NCBI GenBank assembly: GCA_036498305.1
Contig: DASYFS010000512.1
Coordinates: 1-52,097 of the forward strand
From: Candidatus Elarobacter sp.
Lineage (GTDB): Bacteria > Vulcanimicrobiota > Vulcanimicrobiia > Vulcanimicrobiales > Vulcanimicrobiaceae
Direction: 5' to 3'
Length of the DNA: 52,097 bases
Program-made: the position numbers and the translations under genes
The notes under the pieces: generated by a model
Databases searched by the model: none
Told to the model about the DNA's origin: nothing
What the model saw: the letters and a program-made list of their open reading frames with translations, nothing else
Part shown: one piece after another, positions 10,243 to 19,174 of the stretch
Layout: each line of letters starts with the position of its first letter
How positions within the stretch are numbered: position 1 is the stretch's first letter

Positions 10243-10775
10243 CCGAGATCCCGCTCGTTCGCCGTATCGCGATCGCGCTGCTTGCGCTGACCGTGTCGGC
10301 GCTCCTCGTTCGCGGCAGCATCGCCTCCGCGATGGTCACGCGCGGCGACGATCTGGGACGCGCCGGTGACGGCGCACGCGCGATCGCGCTCTATCGCCGC
10401 GCGCTCATGGTAGATCCTCGCTCCGCGGTCGCCGCGGACCGGCTGACCTTCGCGCTCATCATGCACGGCGGCAGCGAAACGGCCCGCAAGGCCTATGCCG
10501 TCGCGGAGGATGCGCTCCGGTACGCCGGCGCCGACGCGCTGCTACTCGCCGATCGCGGCTTCGCCGCCGAACGGTTAGGGCGCTGGGGCGACGCAGAACG
10601 GAGCTTCCTGCTCGCCGCGCGCGCGGCACGCGATCCGCGGTACTTCCACTTGGCGGCGCAGATGGCACGGCGCGGGAACGACAACGCGGCAGCGCGCCGC
10701 CATCTGCGCGCTGCGATCGCGCTCGACTCCGGCTACCTTCCGGCGCGCGCGGCGCTGCGGCGGCTCGGCGAATGA
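10239..10775 (+). CDS. Membrane-anchored TPR protein
   Basis: GTG overlaps the ccdA TGA; N-terminal TM; TPR-like AIALYRRALMVDP, LGRWGDAERSF, AAIALDSGY. Confidence 0.72.
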   Translation: MTEIPLVRRIAIALLALTVSALLVRGSIASAMVTRGDDLGRAGDGARAIALYRRALMVDPRSAVAADRLTFALIMHGGSETARKAYAVAEDALRYAGADALLLADRGFAAERLGRWGDAERSFLLAARAARDPRYFHLAAQMARRGNDNAAARRHLRAAIALDSGYLPARAALRRLGE

Positions 10776-11209
10776 TCGCGTTGCCGCTCCTCGCCGCCGT
10801 CGCCGGTACGACCGGTGCTGCGATCGCCGACCTGCGCACCGGCCGCATTCCGAACACGATCTCGCGGACGACGACGATCGTCGCGCTCGGCGCAGCCGCG
10901 GCAGCCGGATTCGTCGACTCCGCCGCGTCCGGCGCCGTCCTCGTCGGCGGCCTGCTGCTCGCGCTCTACGTCCTCACCGCCGGTTGCGGGATCGGCCTCG
11001 GCGACGTCAAGCTCGGCGTTGCGATCGGCGCCGGATGCGGCCCCTTCGGCGGATCGGTCGCGCTTGCGGTCGCGTTCATCACCGGCGCCGCATACGGCGT
11101 CTGGCTGCTGGCGACGCGCAAGGCGCGGTTCGGGGCGGAGATCCGGTTCGGGCCGTTTCTCGCCGCCGGCACGCTCGTCGCCGCGGCGCAGGCGGTCGCC
11201 GCGGGATGA
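10772..11209 (+). CDS. Prepilin peptidase (A24), short form without N-terminal Zn/methyltransferase domain
   Basis: Catalytic motifs IADLRTGRIPN and GIGLGDVKL; C-terminal IRFGPFL. Confidence 0.87.
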   Translation: MIALPLLAAVAGTTGAAIADLRTGRIPNTISRTTTIVALGAAAAAGFVDSAASGAVLVGGLLLALYVLTAGCGIGLGDVKLGVAIGAGCGPFGGSVALAVAFITGAAYGVWLLATRKARFGAEIRFGPFLAAGTLVAAAQAVAAG

Positions 11210-12138
11210 TGCGCCGCAGCACGCTTCCGCTCGGCATCGACATCGGAACGGCGCGAACGCGCGTCGCGCTACTCGAGCTCGACGCCGGCGGCCGTCCGCG
11301 GCTCGTCGCGGTCGCCGCACGTCCCACCGCCGGCGATCCCGCGCACGCACTCGCCGACGCGCTTGCCGAGCTTCCGACGCGAGAGCGGCGCTGCGTCCTC
11401 GCGCTCGGTACCGGCGATGCGTCGTTGCGTACCGCCGCCTTTCCGCCGCTCGCGCGACGCGAACGCGAGCGTGCGGCACGTTTCGAAGCGGCGCGGAGCA
11501 TCGGCTATCCGGTCGCCGCGGCGGCGATCCGCGTCGTCGGCCTCGATGCGAAGCACTGCATCATCGGCGTCGCCAAACGCGCCGCGCTCGAAGCCCGCGT
11601 CGCGGCCGTGCGCCGCGCCCGGCTGCGTCTGCTGGGCATCGACGATGCGGCGCTCGCGCTGTGCCGTGCCGTGCCGGGCGCCGACGCAATCGTCGACGTC
11701 GGCGACGCCGCGACGACGCTGGTCCTGCGCGACGAGCCGATTCCGACCGTGCGCATCTTTCCGCTTGGCGGCCGCGCGTTCACCGAAGCGGCAGCCGCAG
11801 CGCTGGGGATCGACGCGGCGACCGCCGAGGAGCGCAAGCGCACGATCGGCCTCGCCGGCGCGGGGGAGCGCGTTCGCGACGAGCTCGTCGAACAGCTCGC
11901 CGCCGCGATCGTCGAAGCGCGTGCCGCCGCACGAACGGAGCTGCGCGACGTCGTCCTGAGCGGGAACGGCAGCCGGCTGGCCGGCCTCGCGCAGGCGCTC
12001 GAACGCGCCATCGCAATCCCGGTGCGCGCGGCGGCGCTGCCGCACGAGGGTTCACCGTTGCCCTCGGACGTCGTCCGCGCCGCATCGCCGGACTGGGCGC
12101 TCGCGTACGGCCTCGCGCTCTGGAGCCTCGCCGCGTGA
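11206..12138 (+). CDS. pilM: Type IV pilus assembly protein PilM
   Basis: Actin-like motifs LGIDIG, IVDVGD, LGG..FT, AEERK, VVLSGNGSRL, LAYGLAL. Confidence 0.85.
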   Translation: MMRRSTLPLGIDIGTARTRVALLELDAGGRPRLVAVAARPTAGDPAHALADALAELPTRERRCVLALGTGDASLRTAAFPPLARRERERAARFEAARSIGYPVAAAAIRVVGLDAKHCIIGVAKRAALEARVAAVRRARLRLLGIDDAALALCRAVPGADAIVDVGDAATTLVLRDEPIPTVRIFPLGGRAFTEAAAAALGIDAATAEERKRTIGLAGAGERVRDELVEQLAAAIVEARAAARTELRDVVLSGNGSRLAGLAQALERAIAIPVRAAALPHEGSPLPSDVVRAASPDWALAYGLALWSLAA

Positions 12139-12680
12139 CGCGGTTCAACTACTTGAGCTCACGGTTCGAGCGGGCGTTCGGCGTGCCGGTACCGGCCCAC
12201 GCGGGGCTCTCGCGCAGCTCGCAGATCGCACTCGCCGCCGCAGCGCTGCTCGTCGCGGTGCTGGCCGGCATGCAGATCGGACGGTTTCATGCCGTCGCGT
12301 CCGAAAGCGCCGCGCTCGCGGAGCGTCGCGCCGCTATCGCGCCCGCGCTCGACGATCTGCGCCGCGTCGAAGCCGAGGTTCGCCGCTTGGGCGCGATGGC
12401 CGCCGCCGACCGCACGGTGCGGCGCAGCGGGACGCTGCGCGCCAACGAGGTCGCCGCGATAGGGAATGCGCTTCCGGCCGACGCCTGGCTGACCGGGCTG
12501 CGCGTCGACGCCGCGACGGTTGCCGTCGACGGTCGTGGCGCCCGTCTGCACGCCGTCGCCGAAACCCTCGATGCGCTCGCCGCGCTGCGCAGCGTCTCGT
12601 CCGCGCGTTTGGTAAGCGTTCGTCACGATCCGCTCCGCGCCGACGTCGTTTACTCGATCGCGATGGAGCGCCGGCGATGA
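12135..12680 (+). CDS. pilN: PilN-like protein
   Basis: N-terminal FNYL (INLL-like PilM-binding motif), TM, coiled coil, LPADAWLTGL; position after pilM. Confidence 0.75.
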   Translation: MTRFNYLSSRFERAFGVPVPAHAGLSRSSQIALAAAALLVAVLAGMQIGRFHAVASESAALAERRAAIAPALDDLRRVEAEVRRLGAMAAADRTVRRSGTLRANEVAAIGNALPADAWLTGLRVDAATVAVDGRGARLHAVAETLDALAALRSVSSARLVSVRHDPLRADVVYSIAMERRR

Positions 12681-13177
12681 GCGGCGAGCGCGCCGCGGCG
12701 TTCGCCGCCGTCGTCGTCCTTGCGGCGTGCATTACCGGATACGGCGCCAGCGAACGCCGCATCGGGGAGCTTGGTGCCGCCAACGAGGCCGCCGCGTCCG
12801 CGCTCGCCGCCGATGCTGCGGCGCTTGCAGCACGGCCCGCGTTGCTCGCGAGCGCTACGCGTCTCCGCGCCGCGCTCGTGTCCGCGCCGCGCGGTGGCGG
12901 CGCCGCCGCCTTTCTTCGCGACGCCGCCCGCGCGGCCGGCGCCCGCCGGACGACCATCGCGCTCATCGCTGCAGCGACGAAGCCGTCGACGTTCACGCTC
13001 GGCCTCGAGGGACGCTACGCCGACGTGCTGGCGACGATCCGCAGCCTGTCGCGGCTGCAGGTTCCGGCCGCGCTCACGGTCAGCGCGTTGACGCGCACGA
13101 GCGCGGCGGGGTCGGCGACGGTCGCCGCGACGCTGCAGGTCGAGCTGGGGCCGCAGGATGCGACTCGGCCGCGCTGA
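12677..13177 (+). CDS. pilO: PilO-like protein
   Basis: TM plus coiled coil plus LGLEGRYADVLATIRSL (GxY motif); operon position. Confidence 0.62.
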   Translation: MSGERAAAFAAVVVLAACITGYGASERRIGELGAANEAAASALAADAAALAARPALLASATRLRAALVSAPRGGGAAAFLRDAARAAGARRTTIALIAAATKPSTFTLGLEGRYADVLATIRSLSRLQVPAALTVSALTRTSAAGSATVAATLQVELGPQDATRPR

Positions 13178-13670
13178 GCGATTCGCCCTCACGGTCACGG
13201 CGTTCGTCGCCTTTGCCGGCGCCTACGCGACCGCCCCGCTCTCGGCGCGCGACTGGCCGAACGCGGCGCAGGTTGTCGTCCCTTCGCCCGCAGCGCAGGA
13301 CGACGCCGCGCGCGAAGAGCTCGTGGTGCCCGTGCGCGACCCGTTCGATCTTCCGGAATCGCGTCCGTCGAGTGCTCCGGCGCGCGCGATCACCGCCCTC
13401 CCGCCGATCCCGGCGACCCTCGGACCGCTGCCGCCGAACGCCGGCGCCGCGGGAACGCTGCCGCCTCCCGCCACCGCGATACGTGTCGCCGCCGTCGTAA
13501 CGGGCGCGCACCCATACGCGCTGGTCGACGAAGGCGCGACGACGCGCCTTGTCGCGCCGGGCGACGTGCTCGGCGACGCGCCGATCGTTGCAATCGACCG
13601 CGCCGGCGTTCACCTGCGCGGCGGCGCGCTCTTGCCGCCCGCGCTGCCGGCCACCGGAGGTCATCCGTGA
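13158..13670 (+). CDS. PilP/GspC-like protein
   Basis: RDPF motif, Pro-rich linker, C-terminal beta domain YALVDEG...LVAPGDVLG...IVAIDR.GVHL. Confidence 0.6.
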   Translation: MRLGRAERFALTVTAFVAFAGAYATAPLSARDWPNAAQVVVPSPAAQDDAAREELVVPVRDPFDLPESRPSSAPARAITALPPIPATLGPLPPNAGAAGTLPPPATAIRVAAVVTGAHPYALVDEGATTRLVAPGDVLGDAPIVAIDRAGVHLRGGALLPPALPATGGHP

Positions 13671-15058
13671 GACTGCTCGCCTGCGCCGTTGCGACCGCGC
13701 TGCTGCTCGTCGCCGTGCCGGCCTATGCCCAGCAGAGCGATCGCTTCACGCTCGACGCGCGCGACGTCGAGCTCGCCGACGTCATCCGCCTGCTCGGCGC
13801 GCGCAGCCGGCAGAACGTCGTCGCCGACGGATCGGTGAAGCCGCAGCGCGTCACGCTCACGTTGCGCGACGTCACCTTCGACGAAGCGCTCGCGACCGTT
13901 GCGACGGCCTATGCGCTGCAGATCCACCGCGACGGCCGCACGTACATCGTCGGCGACGCCGCCGCGATGAGCCGCCGCTATCCCGACGAGGCGACGCCCG
14001 GCGCGTCGCAGACGCGCGTCTTCTCGCTCGCGCGCGCAAAGCCGGAGGAGCTCGCCGCCGCCCTCCAAGGTGCGCTTCCGCCCGGATCGGTGGTCGTCGC
14101 CGACCGCCGCACGGGCTCCGTGTTGGTGACGGCGAGCGCGCCGGCGATCGAGCGCGCGAGTCGCATCGTCGCCGCCTTCGATGCGCCGAATCCCGGCTCG
14201 GGCGGAGCCAACAGCACGAGCGTCGCGCTCCATAACGTCCGCGCCAGCGACGCGCTCAAGACGCTCAAGGGCGCGCTCCCCGACGGTGCCCTGCTGGCGG
14301 AGGACCGGCAAAACGTCGTCCTCGTCACCGGCAACGCCGAGATCCAGACGGCCGCGCGTGCGCTGCTCGCCGGGATCGACGGGCCGGGCCGCCAGGTCAT
14401 GTTCGAGGTCCGCGTCGCCGACGTCCAGCCGGTCAACGATCAAACAAACGTCGGGTTCGAGTTCGCCGGCGCAGGCTACGGGAGCGGCGGCGGCGCGATC
14501 GGGCAGTTTCCGTACACCCTGACGAAAAGCTCGATCGTCGTGAACGCGCAGATCAATGCCCTCATCCAGCACGGCCGCGCCAAGATCCTCGCGCAGCCGC
14601 GGATCGCGACGCTCAACAATCGCGAAGCCTCGCTGCTGGTCGGCTCACAGTATCCGGTCGTCACCGTCAACCAGCAGACGGGATATCCGAGCGTTCAGAC
14701 GATCGACGTCGGCGTGCGGCTGCGCCTGACGCCGACGATCGGACCCGACGGCGAGATCACCGCCGAGATGCATCCTGAATATTCTCAGATCATCGGTTTC
14801 AACACGAGCTTCCCGATCGTCGCGAACCGCAAGGTCGACTCGACACTGCGCGTCCGCGACGGCGAGACGATCGTCCTCGGCGGCCTGTTCGAGGAGGTCG
14901 ACAACGAGACGATCACCCGCGTGCCGTTTCTCGCGGATCTCCCCGTCCTCGGCGCCTTCTTCCGGAACCGGCAGGCGTCGCACAGCCGCGACGAGGTCGT
15001 CTTCTTCATCACGCCGCGGATCCTCGCAAGCGACGGGACGGCGAGCGGAAGGCCGTAG
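13667..15058 (+). CDS. pilQ: Secretin (PilQ/GspD family)
   Basis: Signal peptide; N0/STN and two N3-like repeats; QVMFEVRV, P.I.TLNN, VGVRLRLTP, GETIVLGGL, VPFLADLPVLGAFF, FFITPRIL. Confidence 0.92.
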   Translation: MRLLACAVATALLLVAVPAYAQQSDRFTLDARDVELADVIRLLGARSRQNVVADGSVKPQRVTLTLRDVTFDEALATVATAYALQIHRDGRTYIVGDAAAMSRRYPDEATPGASQTRVFSLARAKPEELAAALQGALPPGSVVVADRRTGSVLVTASAPAIERASRIVAAFDAPNPGSGGANSTSVALHNVRASDALKTLKGALPDGALLAEDRQNVVLVTGNAEIQTAARALLAGIDGPGRQVMFEVRVADVQPVNDQTNVGFEFAGAGYGSGGGAIGQFPYTLTKSSIVVNAQINALIQHGRAKILAQPRIATLNNREASLLVGSQYPVVTVNQQTGYPSVQTIDVGVRLRLTPTIGPDGEITAEMHPEYSQIIGFNTSFPIVANRKVDSTLRVRDGETIVLGGLFEEVDNETITRVPFLADLPVLGAFFRNRQASHSRDEVVFFITPRILASDGTASGRP

Positions 15059-15090
15059 TTCACGACGCTCGCCGCGGGAATGATACCGTC

Positions 15091-15486
15091 ATGGCTCTCG
15101 ATCCGCTCACCATCATCGCGCGTTGGCAGGCTGCCGTCTCGGCGGCCGATTTCGACGCGCTCCGCGCGCTCTCGACCGACGACGTCGAGATCGTGAGTCC
15201 CCGCGGGAAGTTCCACGGCCACGGCGGCGCGCAGCGTTGGGTGCGCCAGACCGGGATCGGCCTGCAGACGATGCGTGCCTTCCTCCACGGCAAGCACGTC
15301 GTTGTCGAGCAGACGGCGCGCTGGCGCGTCGGCCCGGACAGCACCGAGGCGCCGGAACAGGTGATTGCGACCCACTTCACGCTGCACGGCGACAAAGTCG
15401 CACGCGCGCAGCGTTACGAGACGCTCGACGCGGCGCTCGCCGCCGCCGGCCTGCCGCCCGTCGTTCCCGCGGCGAGCGGACGGTAA
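15091..15486 (+). CDS. SnoaL/NTF2-like protein
   Basis: IIARWQAAVSAADFDALRALSTDDVE...G..HG; VVVEQ; FTLHGDKV; Y.TLDAALAAAGL. Confidence 0.72.
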   Translation: MALDPLTIIARWQAAVSAADFDALRALSTDDVEIVSPRGKFHGHGGAQRWVRQTGIGLQTMRAFLHGKHVVVEQTARWRVGPDSTEAPEQVIATHFTLHGDKVARAQRYETLDAALAAAGLPPVVPAASGR

Positions 15487-16559
15487 TCGGTGTAGCCGCG
15501 GGCGTCGCCGCCGAAGCAATGATCCCAGTCCACCTCGTTGAGCGGCGCGCCGCGCCGTAGGCGTTCTACCAGGTCGGGATTGGCGATGTACGCGCGTCCG
15601 AACGCGACGAGGTCGGCTCGGCCCGAGCCGACGGCGTCGATTGCCATCTCGCGCGTATAGCCGTTGTTGACCATCCACGCACCGTCGAACTCGCGACGAA
15701 GCCGCAGGAAATCGAAGCCGTGGAACTCGCGCGGGCCCTGCGTGTGACCCTCGACGACGTGGCAGTATGCGAGGTGCATCCGGCTCAGCTCCCGGACCAG
15801 CGGAAAGAAGACCGCGACCGGATCGCTGTCGGCGACGCCGCCGGCCGGCGAAACGGGAGAGATGCGAATCCCCGTTCGATCCGCACCCACGGCCTGCGTG
15901 ACGGCGTCGCTCACCTCGAGCGTCAGCCGGATGCGGTTCGCGACCGGCCCGCCGTAACGGTCCTTGCGCGTGTTGCTGCCATCGCGCATGAACTGGTCGA
16001 GCAAGTAGCCGTTCGCGGCGTGGACCTCAACGCCGTCGAACCCCGCCTCGATCGCCTTGTGCGCAGCGGCGACGTAGTCGTCGACGATCCCCGGGATCTC
16101 GGTCAACTCGAGCGCGCGGGGCGTTTCGACCTCCGCGAACTCACCGTTTTCCAGGAAGGTGCGGGCGTTCGCCGGCGCGATCGCCGACGGCGCAACAGGC
16201 AACAACCCGCCGGGCTGTAAGGTGCGATGCGAAAAGCGGCCGACGTGCCAGAGCTGGAGCCAGATCGTGCCGCCCTCCGCATGCACGGCATCGTTCACGC
16301 GCTGCCAGCCGGCGATCTGCTCCGGCGAGTAGATCCCCGGCGTGAAGGCATAGCCTTTTCCGTACGGTGAGATCTGCGTCGCTTCGGCGACGATCAGGCC
16401 GGCACTCGCACGCTGGCGGTAGTATTCGACGTTGAGCGCGTGCGGCGCGTCGGTCCCCGGCATCGCGCGATCGCGCGTCAGCGGCGCCATCACGACGCGA
16501 TTGCGAAGTACCGTCCGGCCGAGCCGGAACGGCGTAAAGAGTGCCGCGGAGTCTTCCAT
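15414..16559 (-). CDS. nemA: Old yellow enzyme family alkene reductase
   Basis: LRNRVVMAPLTR, YYRQRASAGLI, QLWHVGR, GFDGVEVHAANGYLLDQF, FGRAYIANPDL, GYTDY. Confidence 0.93.
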   Translation of the reverse strand: MEDSAALFTPFRLGRTVLRNRVVMAPLTRDRAMPGTDAPHALNVEYYRQRASAGLIVAEATQISPYGKGYAFTPGIYSPEQIAGWQRVNDAVHAEGGTIWLQLWHVGRFSHRTLQPGGLLPVAPSAIAPANARTFLENGEFAEVETPRALELTEIPGIVDDYVAAAHKAIEAGFDGVEVHAANGYLLDQFMRDGSNTRKDRYGGPVANRIRLTLEVSDAVTQAVGADRTGIRISPVSPAGGVADSDPVAVFFPLVRELSRMHLAYCHVVEGHTQGPREFHGFDFLRLRREFDGAWMVNNGYTREMAIDAVGSGRADLVAFGRAYIANPDLVERLRRGAPLNEVDWDHCFGGDARGYTDYRPLAAGTTGGRPAAASAASSVS

Positions 16560-16624
16560 GACGCACGTATTCCCGTGCGCGCGCGCGGCAACGAGACGTG
16601 GTTGGCGATGCGTCGTTTGCTCGT

Positions 16625-17734
16625 TCAGCGTGCAATGGGGAGCGGGAGCGCAAGCGTGAACCTCGCGCCGCCGAGCGGCGAGTCCGTCAAGTCGACGCGG
16701 CCGCCCGCGCGCTCGAGCATCAGTCGCACGAGGGCGAGTCCGACGCCGCTGCCGCCGGCGGCCGTTGAGCCCTGCACGCCCATTGCGAAGATACGCTCGC
16801 GGTCCCGCTTGGTGACACCCGGCCCGTCATCGTCGACCGTGATGCTGACGAAAGGGTCGCCGCCGAGGCCGATGCCGACGACGACCCGGCCGCCGAGCCG
16901 GCCGTGCTTCACCGCATTGTCGATCAAGTTCACGAGCACGAGCGTAAGCCGGTCGGTATCGATTCCGACGTGAACGTCCGGAGCATCCTCAATAACGAGC
17001 GTGACGTTATGGGCCATTGCGCTCGCACGGCACGCATCGTGCGCCGCAGCGACGGCGTGGGCAACGATGCCGGATCTACCCGGCATGCCGGAGTCACGCA
17101 TGTCCAACAGCGAGATCTCGAACATCCCCTCGATCAGCCGGCTCATCCGGAGCGACTCATCGTGCGCGATCCGCAGGAAGCGATGACGGGTCGGCGCGTC
17201 GACGCCGCCGTCCAGCAGCGTCTCGAGGTAGCCGCGGATTGAAGAGAGCGGCGTGCGGAGCTCGTGTCCGATCGCCGAGAAGAACGCATAGCGCTCGCGC
17301 TCCTGCGCGCCGCGCGCGAGGGCGCGCTCTACGATCGCTTCCATCGCCGTCAGGCCGTCGTCGGGGCCGACTCGCGTCCAGCCGGTGAGCACCGCAAAGC
17401 CGGTCGCCGCTTCGAGCGCCGCGCCGATCCGCGCGAGGGCGGAGCGAGCATCGACCGCGACGGAGGGACGGCCGCGCGTCTCCGCCGTCAGCGCCGCGAC
17501 GAAGACGTCGCTGCCGGGATCGTGAGCCAGCGCGTCGTCCGCGCGCAACACGACGCCCGCGGCACGCGCGAACGCCGCGCTCGCGCGCCGCTCCATCGTG
17601 CGCGCCGGCCGCAGCCCACGCCGCCACGCGATGCGCTCCAGCTCCGGCAGCCGCGCGACCAACAGCGGGAGCGTCGCGTCGCGCGTCCCCACCAGCCGCG
17701 CGAGCGCAGCGAGCGGCGGCAGCGGGCGATTCAC
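16625..17734 (-). CDS. Cytoplasmic sensor histidine kinase with degenerate GGDEF-like N-terminal domain
   Basis: GHELRTPL, NLIDNAVKHG, DDGPGV, GSGVGL; no TM; N-terminal LRADDALAH..GSDVF. Confidence 0.85.
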   Translation of the reverse strand: MNRPLPPLAALARLVGTRDATLPLLVARLPELERIAWRRGLRPARTMERRASAAFARAAGVVLRADDALAHDPGSDVFVAALTAETRGRPSVAVDARSALARIGAALEAATGFAVLTGWTRVGPDDGLTAMEAIVERALARGAQERERYAFFSAIGHELRTPLSSIRGYLETLLDGGVDAPTRHRFLRIAHDESLRMSRLIEGMFEISLLDMRDSGMPGRSGIVAHAVAAAHDACRASAMAHNVTLVIEDAPDVHVGIDTDRLTLVLVNLIDNAVKHGRLGGRVVVGIGLGGDPFVSITVDDDGPGVTKRDRERIFAMGVQGSTAAGGSGVGLALVRLMLERAGGRVDLTDSPLGGARFTLALPLPIAR

Positions 17735-18420
17735 GTACGGACGAACTTGTAGCCGAACCCGTGGATCGTCTGCAGCATGAGCGGAAGCCGCGCGCGTTCT
17801 TCGAGCTTGAGGCGCAGTCGTCTAACGTGCACGTCGACCGTACGCTCGTCGCCCTCGAAGTCGAAGCCCCAGACCTTCTCCAACAGCACGGCGCGCGAGA
17901 GCGCGATCCCAGGATTCGTCGCCAGTTCCAACAGCAGCGCGAACTCGCGCGGCTTCAGCCCGACGTCAACGCCGTCGACGCGCGCTTCGCGTGCGGCCTC
18001 GTCGATCTCGAGCCGGTCGAACGTCAGCAGCACGGGCGACGTCGCGGCGGTCAGTCCGGCGCGCCGGCCGAGCGCCTTCACCCGCGCGACGAGCTCGCGC
18101 GGCGAGAACGGTTTGGTGACGTAATCGTCGGCGCCGATCTCCAGCCCGACGACGCGATCGATCTCCTCGGTGCGCGCGGTCAGCACGAGGATCGGGAGCT
18201 GGCGGCCTTCCCGGCGCAGCGTTCGCACGATGTCGAAGCCGTCGACCATCGGCAGGCCGACGTCGAGAATCAGGACGTCCGCACCGCTGCGTACCGCCCG
18301 CAGCGCGGCCGCGCCGTCGATCGCCTCGTCGCAGCGAAAGCCCTCGCGCTGCAAATGGTGGACGACGAGCTGGCGGATCGCGGAATCGTCCTCGGCGACC
18401 ACGACTCGGGGGAGACCCAT
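17731..18420 (-). CDS. OmpR/PhoB family response regulator
   Basis: VAEDD, ILDVGLP, GADDYVTKPF; winged helix RTVDVHVRRLR..TIHGFGY. Confidence 0.93.
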   Translation of the reverse strand: MGLPRVVVAEDDSAIRQLVVHHLQREGFRCDEAIDGAAALRAVRSGADVLILDVGLPMVDGFDIVRTLRREGRQLPILVLTARTEEIDRVVGLEIGADDYVTKPFSPRELVARVKALGRRAGLTAATSPVLLTFDRLEIDEAAREARVDGVDVGLKPREFALLLELATNPGIALSRAVLLEKVWGFDFEGDERTVDVHVRRLRLKLEERARLPLMLQTIHGFGYKFVRT

Positions 18421-18469
18421 GCCCGCAGCGGTGCCCTCAGGCGCGGCGGCGTATTGCTCCCGCTGGACG

Positions 18470-19150
18470 ATGTGCGCGCGATTCACCCTGAGCGACCCCC
18501 AACGGCTGGCCGAGCGGTATCCCGGCTACCGCGCCAAGGCGAGGTTTCTGCCGCGCTTCAACATCGCGCCGACGCAAGATGTGCTGGCCCTGCGCGCCGG
18601 CGACGGCGACGAGTTGACGACGCTGCGCTGGGGCCTCGTGCCGAACTGGGCCGACGATCCGGCGATCGGGCAGCGGCTGATCAACGCGCGCGTCGAGACC
18701 CTCGCCGAACGGCGCGCGTTCCGCGAGGCGTTACCGGCGCAGCGCTGCGCGATCTTCGCCGACGGCTTCTTCGAGTGGAGCGGAGACAAAGGGCACCGGC
18801 AGCCGTACCGGATCGTCGTCGACGGCGGCGCGCCGTTCGCGTTCGCCGGGCTCTACGACCGGTGGGAAGCCGCCGAGAACCCGCTGGAGACGTGCACGAT
18901 CGTCACCTGCCCCGCGAACGAACTGCTCGCGCCGCTCCACGATCGCATGCCGGCGATCCTCACCGGTGAGGCGATCCAGACGTGGCTGCACGGGAGCGTC
19001 GACGAGGCGCTCGCGCTCTGCGTGCCGTTCGATCCGGCACGCATGGCAATCTATCCGGTGACGCCGGAGATGAACCACCACGCCTTCGACGACCCGCGCG
19101 CGATCGAGCCGATCGCACCGTTACCGACGCCGCTGGGCCTGTTCGACTGA
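18470..19150 (+). CDS. SOS response-associated peptidase (SRAP/YedK-like)
   Basis: N-terminal MCARF with catalytic Cys2; FNIAPTQ, WGLVP, INARVET, GFFEW, HDRMPAIL. Confidence 0.92.
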   Translation: MCARFTLSDPQRLAERYPGYRAKARFLPRFNIAPTQDVLALRAGDGDELTTLRWGLVPNWADDPAIGQRLINARVETLAERRAFREALPAQRCAIFADGFFEWSGDKGHRQPYRIVVDGGAPFAFAGLYDRWEAAENPLETCTIVTCPANELLAPLHDRMPAILTGEAIQTWLHGSVDEALALCVPFDPARMAIYPVTPEMNHHAFDDPRAIEPIAPLPTPLGLFD

Positions 19151-19174
19151 AGGCGCTGTCGCGGTCGGTCCTCC

